Part shown: piece after piece, positions 25,856 to 36,850 of the stretch
How positions within the stretch are numbered: the stretch's first letter is position 1
Layout: each line of letters begins with the position of its first letter
DNA from: Octopus bimaculoides
Taxonomy: Eukaryota
Length of the DNA: 64,000 nt
Reading direction: 5' to 3'
NCBI RefSeq assembly: GCF_001194135.2
Contig: NC_068981.1
Coordinates: 98,512,058 to 98,576,057 of the forward strand
Made by a program: the position numbers and the translations under genes
Notes under the pieces: model-generated
What the model saw: only the letters and a program-made list of their open reading frames with translations
What the model was told of the DNA's origin: nothing
Database searches by the model: none

Positions 25856-26083
25856 TTTCATTATTACCCACAAGGGGCTAAACATAAAGGGGACAAACAA
25901 GGACAGACAAAGGGATTAAGTCGATTACATCGACCCCAGTGTGTAACTGGTACTTAATTTATCGACCCCGAAAGGATGAAAGGCAAAGTCGACCTCGGCG
26001 GAATTTGAACTCAGAACGTAATGGCAGGCGAAATACCGCTAAGCATTTCGCCCGGCTTGCTAACGTTTCTGCCAGCTCGCCGC
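25856..26083 (-). mobile_element. SINE family A nested in a SINE-B head
   Basis: TSD CTTCTTA (25849-25855 / 26084-26090). Confidence 0.85.
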
Positions 26084-26693
26084 CTTCTTACCACACAGCC
26101 ATGCCTGTGCTTATAGTGCAGATGTTCAAACCACAACAAAAATACACAACTAATATCGTATGTGAAAAACTAACTGATCAACATGTCCCCTTTTAAGACA
26201 GTAAGGTGTTATTTGAGGGAGATTTGACTGCTATTTCTAGCAGACTGAGCAAATATGAAGAGGCTCTCACATTGGCTCCAGACTTTTGATTTGCATACCT
26301 TTAATGAATTTGAATCTAACAGACTGATTCACCATCAGTTTATCACCTATTTCTACAGTTTCTAGTCTTTGTTTAACTTCAGTAGAGGTAAGACATACTT
26401 CTGGCTGAGGAATTAATTATAAACAGAAAAGACATGTATCTCAAAAGGAACTACAAGCCAACACTCTCATACACTAGCATATTTATACAAAACTACAATA
26501 TTTTCATTGATTTTCTGGCATGTGTATTTAATTAAGAAGGTCTAGGGAACATTATTGACTCTGGACTACATAGTACAAGATAATTATTCAACACAGCTGT
26601 CATATGCAATTAACATGACTGTTAAAATGACAAACTAGTCAATAAGCTACCAATATATTTCGATATCATCATCATCATTGTTGTTGTTGCTGC

Positions 26694-26728
<35 letters not shown>

Positions 26729-26729
<1 letters not shown>

Positions 26730-28230
26730 CTGTATATCTATAAAAGGCAGGATATGTGTGTGTGTGTGTATACGTGAATGTAATTTATGCACGTCCACAA
26801 ATTAGCAGGCATGTCATTCCAATTTTAAGCGGACATTCGTCACAACTCTAGCTGTATTTTCATCAAATTATTTTTCCCGAGGCACCCGTGAATAGCGGTA
26901 AAAATCGATTTTCAACCATAACTTTTACCAATTTTGAAGTTTGCTAACATGAGTTAAGTCCCTTCTTGCCATAGTGAAGTAAAAATGTTTGTGTGTGTGT
27001 GTGAGGGAGAAAGTAAGTGACTGCGTTCACCAAAAATAAAAATGTAAAATGTCTTTTTTTCTTAAACACGAGATATAGTCTTCAAATTTAGGATGTTTTT
27101 GAAAGACACTATATTTAATAATCAGATAATATATACTTTCTCAAACAACAATTAAAATATATATATTCAAAATCACTTATTTATTTATTTNNNNNNNNNN
27201 NNNNNNNNNNNNNNNNNNNNNNNNNNNNNNNNNNNNNNNNNNNNNNNNNNNNNNNNNNNNNNNNNNNNNNNNNNNNNNNNNNNNNNNNNNNNNNNNNNAG
27301 GAAAAAAGTGCTTTGTTGAGAATACATTTATTTAACAACAAAGAAACAAAGAGGTAGGTAACAATTTGTCAGTGAATTACGCAATATAAATGGGTATAAT
27401 TTCTGAGGCTTCCACCACACCCCACCCCGTTTTTCGGACCACAAAGAAGAGTCTTGTAGCATATTAGGAAGCCAGGGTAGTTGATTCCACACAAAAAATC
27501 CGATTTTTGTTTTCTTAGTGAAAATCGTGCAAGTGTTATCTAAAAATTTGCCTGGAGATTTTCATGGTAAATTTGAGATTAAAAAAAAATGTTTTCCATA
27601 TTCTTAATCTCCATATTTTCCCACATACATTGAAAAATAGATGGTGAAAAGATCAATGGGTGTGGGGTGTGAAATTTCCGAGGCGTCCACCACACTCCAC
27701 CCCATTTTTCGGACCACAAAAACGGTTTTGTAGCATATTAGGAGGCCAGGATAGTTGATTCCACACAAAAAATCCGATTTTTTTTTCTTAGTGAAAATTG
27801 TACGAGTGTTAATCTAAAAATTTACCAACCATTTTTCCATTCATTCCTATTTATGAAATTCTCTGTACGTAATTTTGCTTTCTCGGTGTCAAGGCAAATG
27901 ATGACTGGCAAAGCAACTGATATTGGATACAATGACCTGATCTACAATAATGTGCTGATTGAAATCAAGGATGCCCTGCTCAAAATGGGTGGGGCGGTGT
28001 TGAACACATTCGTTTTGCCATCCTCATTGCGACAGGACGTTAACACACTCCCACCAAAGTTACTTCTGGAGTTGTCATATGATGCTGATGGCCTTGTGGA
28101 GTACCTGAGAGTAAATGAACTGAAATTGCTCCCTCATCAGAGCTGGTGTACGAAACTGTCGTCAGTACTGTTGAAAAACAGGCAGGCAGCATTTTTTTTC
28201 CTCGATGATCCTGGAGGTACCAGCAAATCC
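26729..28230 (+). mobile_element. Helitron remnant: 5' end, internal ~150 bp direct repeats and RepHel PIF1-helicase fragment
   Basis: A|TCTGTATATCTATAAAAGGCAG start; repeats at ~27399-27547 and ~27674-27822. ORF piece ...LSYDADGL...FFFLDDPGGTSKSFV is a degenerate Helitron Walker A (FFLDAPGGTGKTF). Confidence 0.8.
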
Positions 28231-28515
28231 TTTGTAACACACCAGTGCCCGCTGACTGGTTCCCGTGCTGGTGTTACATAGAAAGCACTATCCGAACGCG
28301 ATTGATGCCAGGCCCGCCTGACTGGCTCCTGTGCCGGTGGCACATAAAAGCACCCACTACACTCTCGGAGTGGTTGGCATTAAGAAGAGCATCCAGCTGT
28401 AGAAACATTGCAAGATCAGACTGGAGCCTGGCGCAGCTACTGGCTTTCGTAACTTCAGTCAAACCATCCAACCCATGCCAGCATAGAAAACAGACATTAA
28501 ACGATGATGATGATG
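28228..28515 (+). mobile_element. RTE LINE 3' UTR fragment truncating the Helitron helicase
   Basis: GAGTGGTTGGCATTAAGAAGAGCATCCAGCTGTAGAAAC...(GAT)n tail. Confidence 0.75.
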
Positions 28516-28894
28516 TTGTTGTTGTAGCCATAGCTACATCTACTGATAAATGAAATTTATTACTACAGAAAAGTAATCTTTTTTTACTGACAACTACTTG
28601 CCAAAGCTAAATGCATGTCAAAGTGTTTAGCATTCAAAAAACATCTTGTTCTTGGATAAGATCCTGGTCTATGGAGTTTTGGCCAAGGGAAGATTTGAGC
28701 TTAACTTTAAATCCTTAAAAAACAAAAAGTAAAACAGAAAGCAAACACTTGTCAATCATGCAGCCACTTGACACTTATAAAAAGAGAATGTACCTTTCAA
28801 GTATCTATTTATGGCTAGGTGAACTGAGCCATAAAAATCCTTTATCATTAGATCAAGACCATATCAATTTAGCCAGCTACAATTACTGATCTTT

Positions 28895-29295
28895 TAGCTT
28901 TTACTTATTTCAGTCAATGGGTTGTAGCCATGCTACAACACTGCCTTGAAGGATTTAGTCAAACAAATCAACCCCAGTATATATTTTTTTTATAAAGTCT
29001 AATACTTATTCTATCAGTTTCTTTTGCTGAACTGCTAAGTTACATGGAAGTATATAAATTAACACTGTTTGTCAGATGGTAGAGGTGACAAACACAAAGA
29101 CATGCACGCATGCGCGCACACACACACATTCATACACATAACTGGCTTCCACACAGTTTCTGTCTATCAAATTCACTCACAAAGGATTGATTGGCCTGTA
29201 GTTATAGTAGAAGACACTTGCCCAAGGTGCCTGGCACTAGAACTAAACATGAAGCCATGTAGTTGGGAAGAAAGCTTTTTTTTATAGGCCTGCAC
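28895..29295 (-). mobile_element. SINE family B, diverged
   Basis: Family motifs. Confidence 0.65.
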
Positions 29296-30435
29296 CTATA
29301 AATATGTCGATTTCTAACATAGACTCAAGTATTCCCGTTTAAGGAGAGGAATGTAGACTCATATATATCAACCTCAGTTATTGACTAGTATTTACTTTAT
29401 TGACTTCCAGAAGGATGAATAGCAAAGGCAACTTCAGCAGGATTTGAACTCAGAATTTCAAGGATCACAACTAAATATATATGAAATTATGTCCAACAGC
29501 CATATTGATTACTACCCATCTAAAAATATTTTATTTCCTAGAAACTCTGTAAGCATATCTTACCAACCTTTACAGAGTTCATATGTTCAATCATGCTTAT
29601 CGGACGATCTTGTGTAAACTTATTTGCACCAAATTCCTATCCACATATTTAGAAATTAGATTTGTTTTGCTCTAATTCTGAAATAAACACAAACATATAT
29701 AACTAAATCATGATTTCTATACAACATACTTTTCTCATTAACGCTTTACTTAACATCTATATTTTAACAGCTAATATTTCCCACTTGCTATCAATTCATA
29801 TATCTTAGTTCCAAGTCCATCAACTGTTTACCATCTGATGCACAGCAGTAGCTGGTATCAGATACCATTTGTTGTCATGCATTGAAAGATGTACTCGCTG
29901 CTTTCTTTAAGGCTTTAACATACTAATATTACCATTTTTCATATCAGGTTCAAAGTGAAACAATTTCCTTTTATTTGAACCCAACTTTGATGCTAGATTA
30001 AATGCTATTCATTCTACATTAATTCATAGAAGTCAGTTGTATAGAATAGTCATGTGTGCTAGCATCTTCTGATGTTCATTCAGTTTATATACATTCCTAT
30101 CTATCTACTACATAGATCAGACACCAATACGTCACTGCTATATAGCAGTCAGTTCAGTTACAGAATAGACCTCCTAGTTGCATCACAATCCATCAACATG
30201 AACCATGACAGTTTTCCACTATATAAGAATCAATTCAGTCCAATAACTGAAACAATTAAAAGAATAAAAGAACATAATAACATTGCTCCATGAACTGAGT
30301 CTCACAGCTGTATGTGCAATCAGTCCATTCCAAAGACTAGACTTCACTGCTATATTACATTCGATCCATTCCTTCTACAACCAAGCCATAGATCAAAACC
30401 CACTACTACTCTCTTCAATAAACAGAAGCTATTAA

Positions 30436-30685
30436 TATCAGGTCATCCCACAAGTTCTGTCCGAATTTTGAATAAAGAAACAAGTGATCAAATGTTATAT
30501 TTAATTAAAATTTAATCATCAATGTACTTTCCCTGATTATCTAAGACTTCCTTCCATCTATTTACAAGCTTTTTAATCCCATCAATGTAAAACTACTTTG
30601 ATTTCAAAGCGAAGAACACTGAAATGTCAGTTTCAACCTCCTCCTGGCTTGCGAAAGTTATGTCCCCCAAATGATTCTGCTCAAT
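30436..30685 (-). mobile_element. Mariner transposase C-terminal remnant with terminal repeat
   Basis: QNHLGDITFASQEEVETDISVFF..K*FYIDGIKKLVNRWKEVLDNQGKYIDD*; terminus TA-TCAGGTCATCCCACAAGTTCTGTCCG. Confidence 0.75.
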
Positions 30686-30881
30686 TACAAATGTCCTGGG
30701 ACTAAAGAACAACAACATGTTCAAGAGGCAATTTTAGAAGGATACACAATTAAGAACAAATTAGGTAAAGTATTCTGCACAAAACCTGGGCCGAGAAGAG
30801 TCATGAACAGGATGGCAAGATAAAAAGAGACAAGTGAGTAAGGTGAACTGGGTAGAGTTGGTATGCAGACAGCTAGTTTAG

Positions 30882-31098
30882 CCCTTTAGCATTCAGATTA
30901 CTTTGTCAAATGCATTTATTTATTCACATTTTTGAAAATTAATCATGTAATACCTTGTAGCTTCAAGATTTTAAAGATGTGATGATTTATTTTTAGAATG
31001 ACATTGTAGGGTAGGTGTGAGAGGCTGGATCTGGCCAGTTTGAACATAGAACAAGTAGAATATCTGGGCTGGATATAGCCGGTTTAAATGCTAAAGGG
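30882..31098. mobile_element. piggyBac-like MITE (family 1; other copies at ~1697-1916, ~5199-5422, ~17150-17320, ~35922-36141)
   Basis: CCCTTTAGCATT...AATGCTAAAGGG TIR with TTAA-like flanks; the interior recurs in several copies. Confidence 0.7.
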
Positions 31099-31133
31099 TT
31101 AAAGAAACAAAGGTTGCTGTAGTAGCACAATAA

Positions 31134-31595
31134 GAGGGAGAAAGAAGAACACTAATAGATGTAGTGTGTTGGCTAGCAAATATTTGTAATCAGTTGGATG
31201 GGTTTTTTTTTTTTATTCTGTGCAATCTAGTTGTTGGCACTCCGTCGCTTACGACGTCGAGGGTTCCAGTTGATCCCATCAACGGAACAGCCTGCTCGTG
31301 AAATTAATGTGCAAGTGGCTGAGCACTCCACAGACCTGTGTACCCTTAACATAGTTNNNNNNNNNNNNNNNNNGAGAAAGAAGAACACTAATAGATGTAG
31401 TGTGTTGGCTAGCAAATATTTGTAATCAGTTGGATGGGTTTTTTTTTTTTATTCTGTGCAATCTAGTTGTTGGCACTCCGTCGCTTACGACGTCGAGGGT
31501 TCCAGTTGATCCCATCAACGGAACAGCCTGCTCGTGAAATTAATGTGCAAGTGGCTGAGCACTCCACAGACATGTGTACCCTTAACATAGTTCTC
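31134..31595. other. Probable assembly artefact: near-identical ~220 bp repeated either side of an 18-N gap
   Basis: 31134-31355 equals 31374-31595 apart from about one substitution and homopolymer length. Confidence 0.7.
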
Positions 31596-31849
31596 GGGGA
31601 TATTCAGTGTGACACAGTGTGACAAGGCTGACTCTTTGAATTACAGGCACAACAGAAACAGGAAGTAAGAGTGAGAGAAAGTTGTGGTGAAAGAGTACAG
31701 CAGGGTTCGCCACCATCCCCTGCTGGAGCCTCGTGGAGCTTTAGGTGTTTTCGCTCAATAAACATTCACAACGCCCAGTCTGGGAATCGAAACCGAGATC
31801 CTATGACCATGAGTCCGCTGTCCTAACCACTGGGCCATTGCGCCTCCAC
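31468..31849 (-). mobile_element. tRNA-derived SINE family C, young full-length copy
   Basis: rc head GTGGAGGCGCAATGGCCCAGTGGTTAGG...GGTTTCGATTCCC; (CAA) tail; 10-bp TSD GCAATCTAGT (31458-31467 / 31850-31859). Confidence 0.88.
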
Positions 31850-32484
31850 GCAATCTAGTGTTAGTGTCTAACAGCCATACTATCACTGACATGTGAACAG
31901 TCTTCAATGCAGGTTATGTTTAAGATTTATAAAGAGCCTATAAACTAACAAAAGTGGAATATATTTTGGCCTAAAGATACACATTTGTCAACATTATATA
32001 TGTGAAATCACCATGGAAGGTTAATGATTTTCAAGCTTAACCTTTATAGCAACTGAAAGCTTTAGTTGCATGTTGTTCAGACATAGAGTAGGTGTAATTT
32101 ATTAGTATAAGTAGCAATTATACCTTTATAGTTTTGAAGGTAACTAAGTTATGTTGCCATTAAACATTCTTCAAGATCATTGTACACAGAAGTAGTTCAT
32201 GTCTAGCATGAATTATCTAGATTTTATGTGAATGTAACCAAGAAAATTGGTATAACAGAAAGCAGGTCATTAACGACAAAAGTGTGTTGGAGACACAACT
32301 AAACTTTGTGGTATATCAATTGAAAGATTATGAGGCAAGGAGGGCTCTGTAGTGCAAGTTTCATTGCACTATGCAAAGTAGAGCTCACTCCCATGGTCTC
32401 TCACCTTCTTCAGCAAAAGTTTTTGACTGAAAGGAGAAAGGCAAACAAATCTGGTAGATATGACTTCATAGAAACTAGAATGAA

Positions 32485-32523
<39 letters not shown>

Positions 32524-32599
32524 TCTTTTCAATGTCACATCTATTCACAGAAGAGAAAAAATTTAAATGGAAAAGCAGCAATTGTGTAATGTAAATGTG

Positions 32600-33245
32600 C
32601 ATACCCATCAGAGTGTAAGTATCTTGAGAGAAAAGCTGAACATAAGAAGCATCAGTAGTGGTGTGCAAGAGAGACGATTGCGCTGGTTTGGACATGTGGT
32701 GAGAATGAATGAGGATAGCTGCGTGAAAAAGTGCCACTCCCTGACAGTTGAGGGAACCCGTGGAAGAGGCAGGCCCAGGAAGACCTGGGCTGAGGTGGTG
32801 ACGCAAGACCTTCGAACATTGGGCCTCACCGAGGCGATGACTACTGACCGAGATCTTTGGAAATGTGCTGTGNNNNNNNNNNNNNNNNNNNNNNNNNNNN
32901 NNNNNNNNNNNNNNNNNNNNNNNNNATCCTGAGCGTGACCGTTGCCAGTACCGCCTGACTGGCCTTTGTAGGGTTTTCGAGCGAGATCGTTGCCAGTGCC
33001 CCTGGACTGGCTCTTGTGCGGGTGGCACATAAAAGACACCATTTCGAGCGTGGCCGTTTTCGTGCGGGTGACACGTAAAAGCACCCACTACACTCTCTGA
33101 GTGGTTGGCGTTAGGAAGGGCATCCAACTGTAGAAACTCTGCCAAATTAGATTGGAGCCTGGTGTTGCCATCCGGTTTCACCAGTCCTCAGTCAATTCGT
33201 CCAACCCATGCTAGCATGGAAAGCGGACGTTAAACAATGATGATG
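32600..33245 (+). mobile_element. 5'-truncated RTE-clade LINE (second family): RT C-terminus, repeat-containing 3' UTR and (GAT)n tail
   Basis: ERRLRWFGHVVRM..EGTRGRGRPRKTW.EVV..DL..LGL....DRDLW, then across a short gap the abundant 3' UTR ending GGAAAGCGGACGTTAAAC(AATG/GATG)n. Confidence 0.85.
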
Positions 33246-33620
33246 AATCACACTCATACAATGTCTGACACTGCAAGTAGAATAGATGATAATGATGGTG
33301 GTCTAGTCCCAAAATGGTGGACTGGTGACCATTTAAGTGTCAAGCAAAATGCTTTGCAGTGTTTGTTCCAGCTTTTGACATTTACAGTTCAAATGTTACA
33401 GATGTTAATTTTGCCTTTTCTCCTGGGATTGATGAAATAAAGTACCAATCAAGAACTGGGGGTTGATATAATCAACCACAAATTTCTGATTTGTAACTAG
33501 ATAAAGGTTATTATTCAATTATTTGGAATTGATAGTATGGTAGGACAGTGCAAGCTCAATAGCCACAATTTTCCATTCCTTTCCTTTAAAAATATCAGCT
33601 CTCGTATGTATGTGAGATTT

Positions 33621-33955
33621 ATCATCATTGTTTAACATCCGCTTTCCATGCTAGCGTGGGTTGGACGATTTGACTGAGGACTGGCAAGCCAGAAGGCTGC
33701 ATCAGGCTCCAATTTAATCTGGCAGAGTTTCTACAGCTGGTTGCCCTTTCTAACGCCAACCACTCCAAGAGTGTAGTGGGTGCTTTTATGTGCCACCAGC
33801 ACGAGGGCCAGTCACACGGTACTGGCAATGGCATCGCTCAAAAGGTGTTTTTTACGTGCCACCTGCACGGGAGCCAGTCCAGCGGCACTGGCAACGACCT
33901 CGCTCGAATGATTTTCTAACATGCCACCAGCACAAGTGCTAGAAGGCGACGCTCC
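33621..33955 (-). mobile_element. RTE LINE 3' UTR fragment, inverted relative to 32926-33245
   Basis: Reverse complement of the neighbouring copy; ~85% identical by eye. Confidence 0.8.
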
Positions 33956-35157
33956 ATATTCATTATTATTCATTAGTCAGAGCCTTTAATCCTCTTAAGT
34001 CCTCATTGACTGAAAGATTGAGAGAGGCTAAAGGAGTGTGGTTCATGTTTAATTTAAATTTAATTTAACTGTGAGAAGTGTGATATAGTGTTTGAGAAAG
34101 ATGAAGTTCTGGCAACATGTTTAGCATGAAACTGGAAAAAACATATATAGTGAAAAGATGAGATGGAGATGACAGAGTTAGAAATATAAAAGAAGTAGAT
34201 GTCATTGTAGAAGAGACAAGAGAGATGAAGAAGAACAATGAGCCATTTGTTAATGAATGAGAGTTTTTCTTAAGATCTCTTTCTAGGATGCAGTTTAATG
34301 TAAGTGCATGCAATTAGTATACACACATATATATATAGCATGGATTATATTTGTGTACACAAATATTGGTAGTATTATGTGGAGTGTATTTATGCCATCA
34401 AAGGGTTAGTAACTAGCCAAAACTAGAGTACTTTTAAGACTTAAGGAGAAACAGATGTCATTTTAGATAAAACTTTAGTATGTTAAGTCTTTGGGGAAGA
34501 TTATAAAACTAGCATGTGCAGTGATGACATATTGAGCTAACTATTTGATGCATGAGCTATTTATAGCAGCAAGGTTATATACAAAAGACAATAATTATCA
34601 AATTTTCTTTCAACAAATTAAAGAAAACATCAATACTCATCTACATTGTATTTTTCCATCTTGTCTACTAGATATGTTCTTGTACTACCTCACCCCTGTC
34701 CCTCTTAACTCACTTATCTTGTTACCCATATTGTTTGCATCCCACCCCTAACACTTACCACTTTTCCTTAGCCTTTCCTTCCCAAAATATTATCTCTTTG
34801 CACTTTCCTCTTTGCCCATGTTTTTCTTTCAGCTGTCAGTTATTCAAGAACATCAACTGGGTCTCTAGATAATTATTAAAATATACACTATAATTTCTGG
34901 TCACTAATCACCCATACTAATGATTTATAATAGCTTTTAACAATATTTTCAGTTGTAAGGACACAAGCTGGTAGAACTGTTAGCATGCCAGGCAAAATAC
35001 TTAGTACCATTTCGTCTGTCTTTATGTTCTGAGTTCAAGTTTTGCCCAGGTCGGCTTTGCCTTTCATCCTTTTGGAGTCAATAAAAATAAGTACCAGTTG
35101 AACATTGAGGATTGATGTAATCAACTTAACCCCTCTGTGAAAGCGCTGGCCTTATTC

Positions 35158-35531
35158 TTTTACTCTTTTACTTGTTTCAGTCATTTGACTGCGGCCATGC
35201 TGGAGCACCGCCTTTACTCGAGCAAATCGACCCCAGGACTTATTCTTTGTAAGTCTAGTACTTATTCTATCGGTCTCTTTTGTCGAACAACTAAGTTACG
35301 GGGACGTAAACACACCAGCATCGGTTGTCAAGCGATGGTNNNNNNNNNNATATATATATACATACATATATATGACGGGCTTCTTTCAGTTTCCGTCTAC
35401 CAAATCCACTCACAAGGCTTTGGTCGGCCCGAGGCTATAGTAGAAGACACTTGCCCAAGGTGCCACGCAGTGGGACTGAACCAGGAACCATGTGGTTGGT
35501 AAGCAAGCTACTTACCACACAGCCACTCCTA
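35158..35531 (-). mobile_element. Young SINE family B inserted in the tail of a SINE-A (34960-35560)
   Basis: Close to family consensus; the SINE-A tail resumes at CCTTGCACCAAAATTTGAAACC. Confidence 0.85.
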
Positions 35532-36584
35532 CACCTTGCACCAAAATTTGAAACCAATAGTTACAGTAGTATTTTAAACTGCTTTAATTCACTTCAGACT
35601 TTGCATCTGAAATAGTCTGATAAATTGAATTTTTAAGTTTCATTTGCCCTCTGCACACAACATGAAGGGGAAAATCTTCAGTAATGACCAAATAAGTTAT
35701 TGTTATATGTTCATTATATGCTTTTATTTAAAACCTGCTCTATCACATTCACTTCCAATATCTCATACAGTAATGAAGTAGGGCTTAAACAACCACTTTA
35801 TTCATGACCTTAAGTTCTACTGCCTCCTTAGCCATTAATAAGAGTTACTGCACAGCTAGTTCTGTAAAAAGACTTACTCTCTTATGTTACACGTCAGTGG
35901 CCTTATCCTTGACAACTCTAATCCTTTAGCATTCAGATTTCTTTGTCAAATGCATTGCTTATTTATTCACATTGTTTTGAATTAATTACGCATTATCTTC
36001 TCGCTTCAAGATTTCAATGATGTGTTTGTATACTTTTAGAATGACATTGTAGGGTAAACAAGAGAGGTTGGATCTGGTCTCTTTTAACATGAAGCAAGCA
36101 GAATATGTGGGCCAGATATGGTCAGATTAAATGTTAAAGGATTAAAACAAGGCAACATTGTTGCTCTTGACATCAGCAAAGTTAAGTCTTTGGCTCAGTC
36201 TTTCAAGACAGCTTCCTAGTTAAGTTAATAATAGGCTCTCTTGGATCAGAAGTTTCCTGTCAGACTTCTGATTGCAGTGTGCACACCTAGGGCTTTGTTC
36301 ACCCCATACTAGCAACTGATATATTTTAAACTTGAGTTATATCTCCAACATTATGTGTTGTATATAAATGGCTGAGCCAGCGTGATAAAAGGTTCGTTAC
36401 ATTGGTGAATATAACCTTATAAGTTTTAACATGTTACATGTTTAAATTAAAAAAACAAAAAAGTTTTAAAAATTTATCTAAACATCACAGGAGTCATGAT
36501 ACTTATAAACCAAAATAAGTGACACAAGACATGATAGTTCTGTACTTCCAGACCCCAAATAAGACAAAAATCAAACCAATGAGG

Positions 36585-36850
36585 AACCCTCAATGTGGTC
36601 GATCGATCTGCTCGGAAAAACAGCCAACTCTCCTTAATTACACTTGATTTAAAAACTAACGATATATTGAATATGTAGCACTAAATACTTTGTGTTTGTC
36701 AAAAACAAAACAAAAAAAATGTAAGATGGTCACAGCTGGAGTTTCTTTGATAATAAGGTTAATCAATCAAAACTAGCTTGAAGCTCCTCCTTTGATTACA
36801 GGTTTGTTCATTCAAAGTCTAACTTGAGGCTAAGTAACATGACAGAGCTA
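36585..36850 (+). repeat. Unclassified SINE-like repeat with (CAA)n-type tail (copies at ~18880-19110, ~36860-37030, ~54670-54910, ~63385-63625)
   Basis: Recurrent AGCAGCCAA..TC.CC and GGTCA..GCTGGA..TCTTTGAT.ATAGG motifs. Confidence 0.5.

Larger units (their letters stand above)
24555..26107 (-). mobile_element. SINE family B split by an RTE LINE and a SINE-A
   Basis: Arms at 24555-24782, 25700-25855 and 26084-26107 reassemble into one element. Confidence 0.8.

Noticed and set aside
31134-31595. Apparent tandem duplication of flank plus SINE tail
   Set aside because: Near-identical copies either side of an 18-N gap indicate overlapping contig ends or two haplotypes.
31760-31849. tRNA-like sequence with A and B boxes (also heads of SINE-A and SINE-B)
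   Set aside because: It continues into a SINE body with tail and TSD, and has no complete cloverleaf; these are not tRNA genes.
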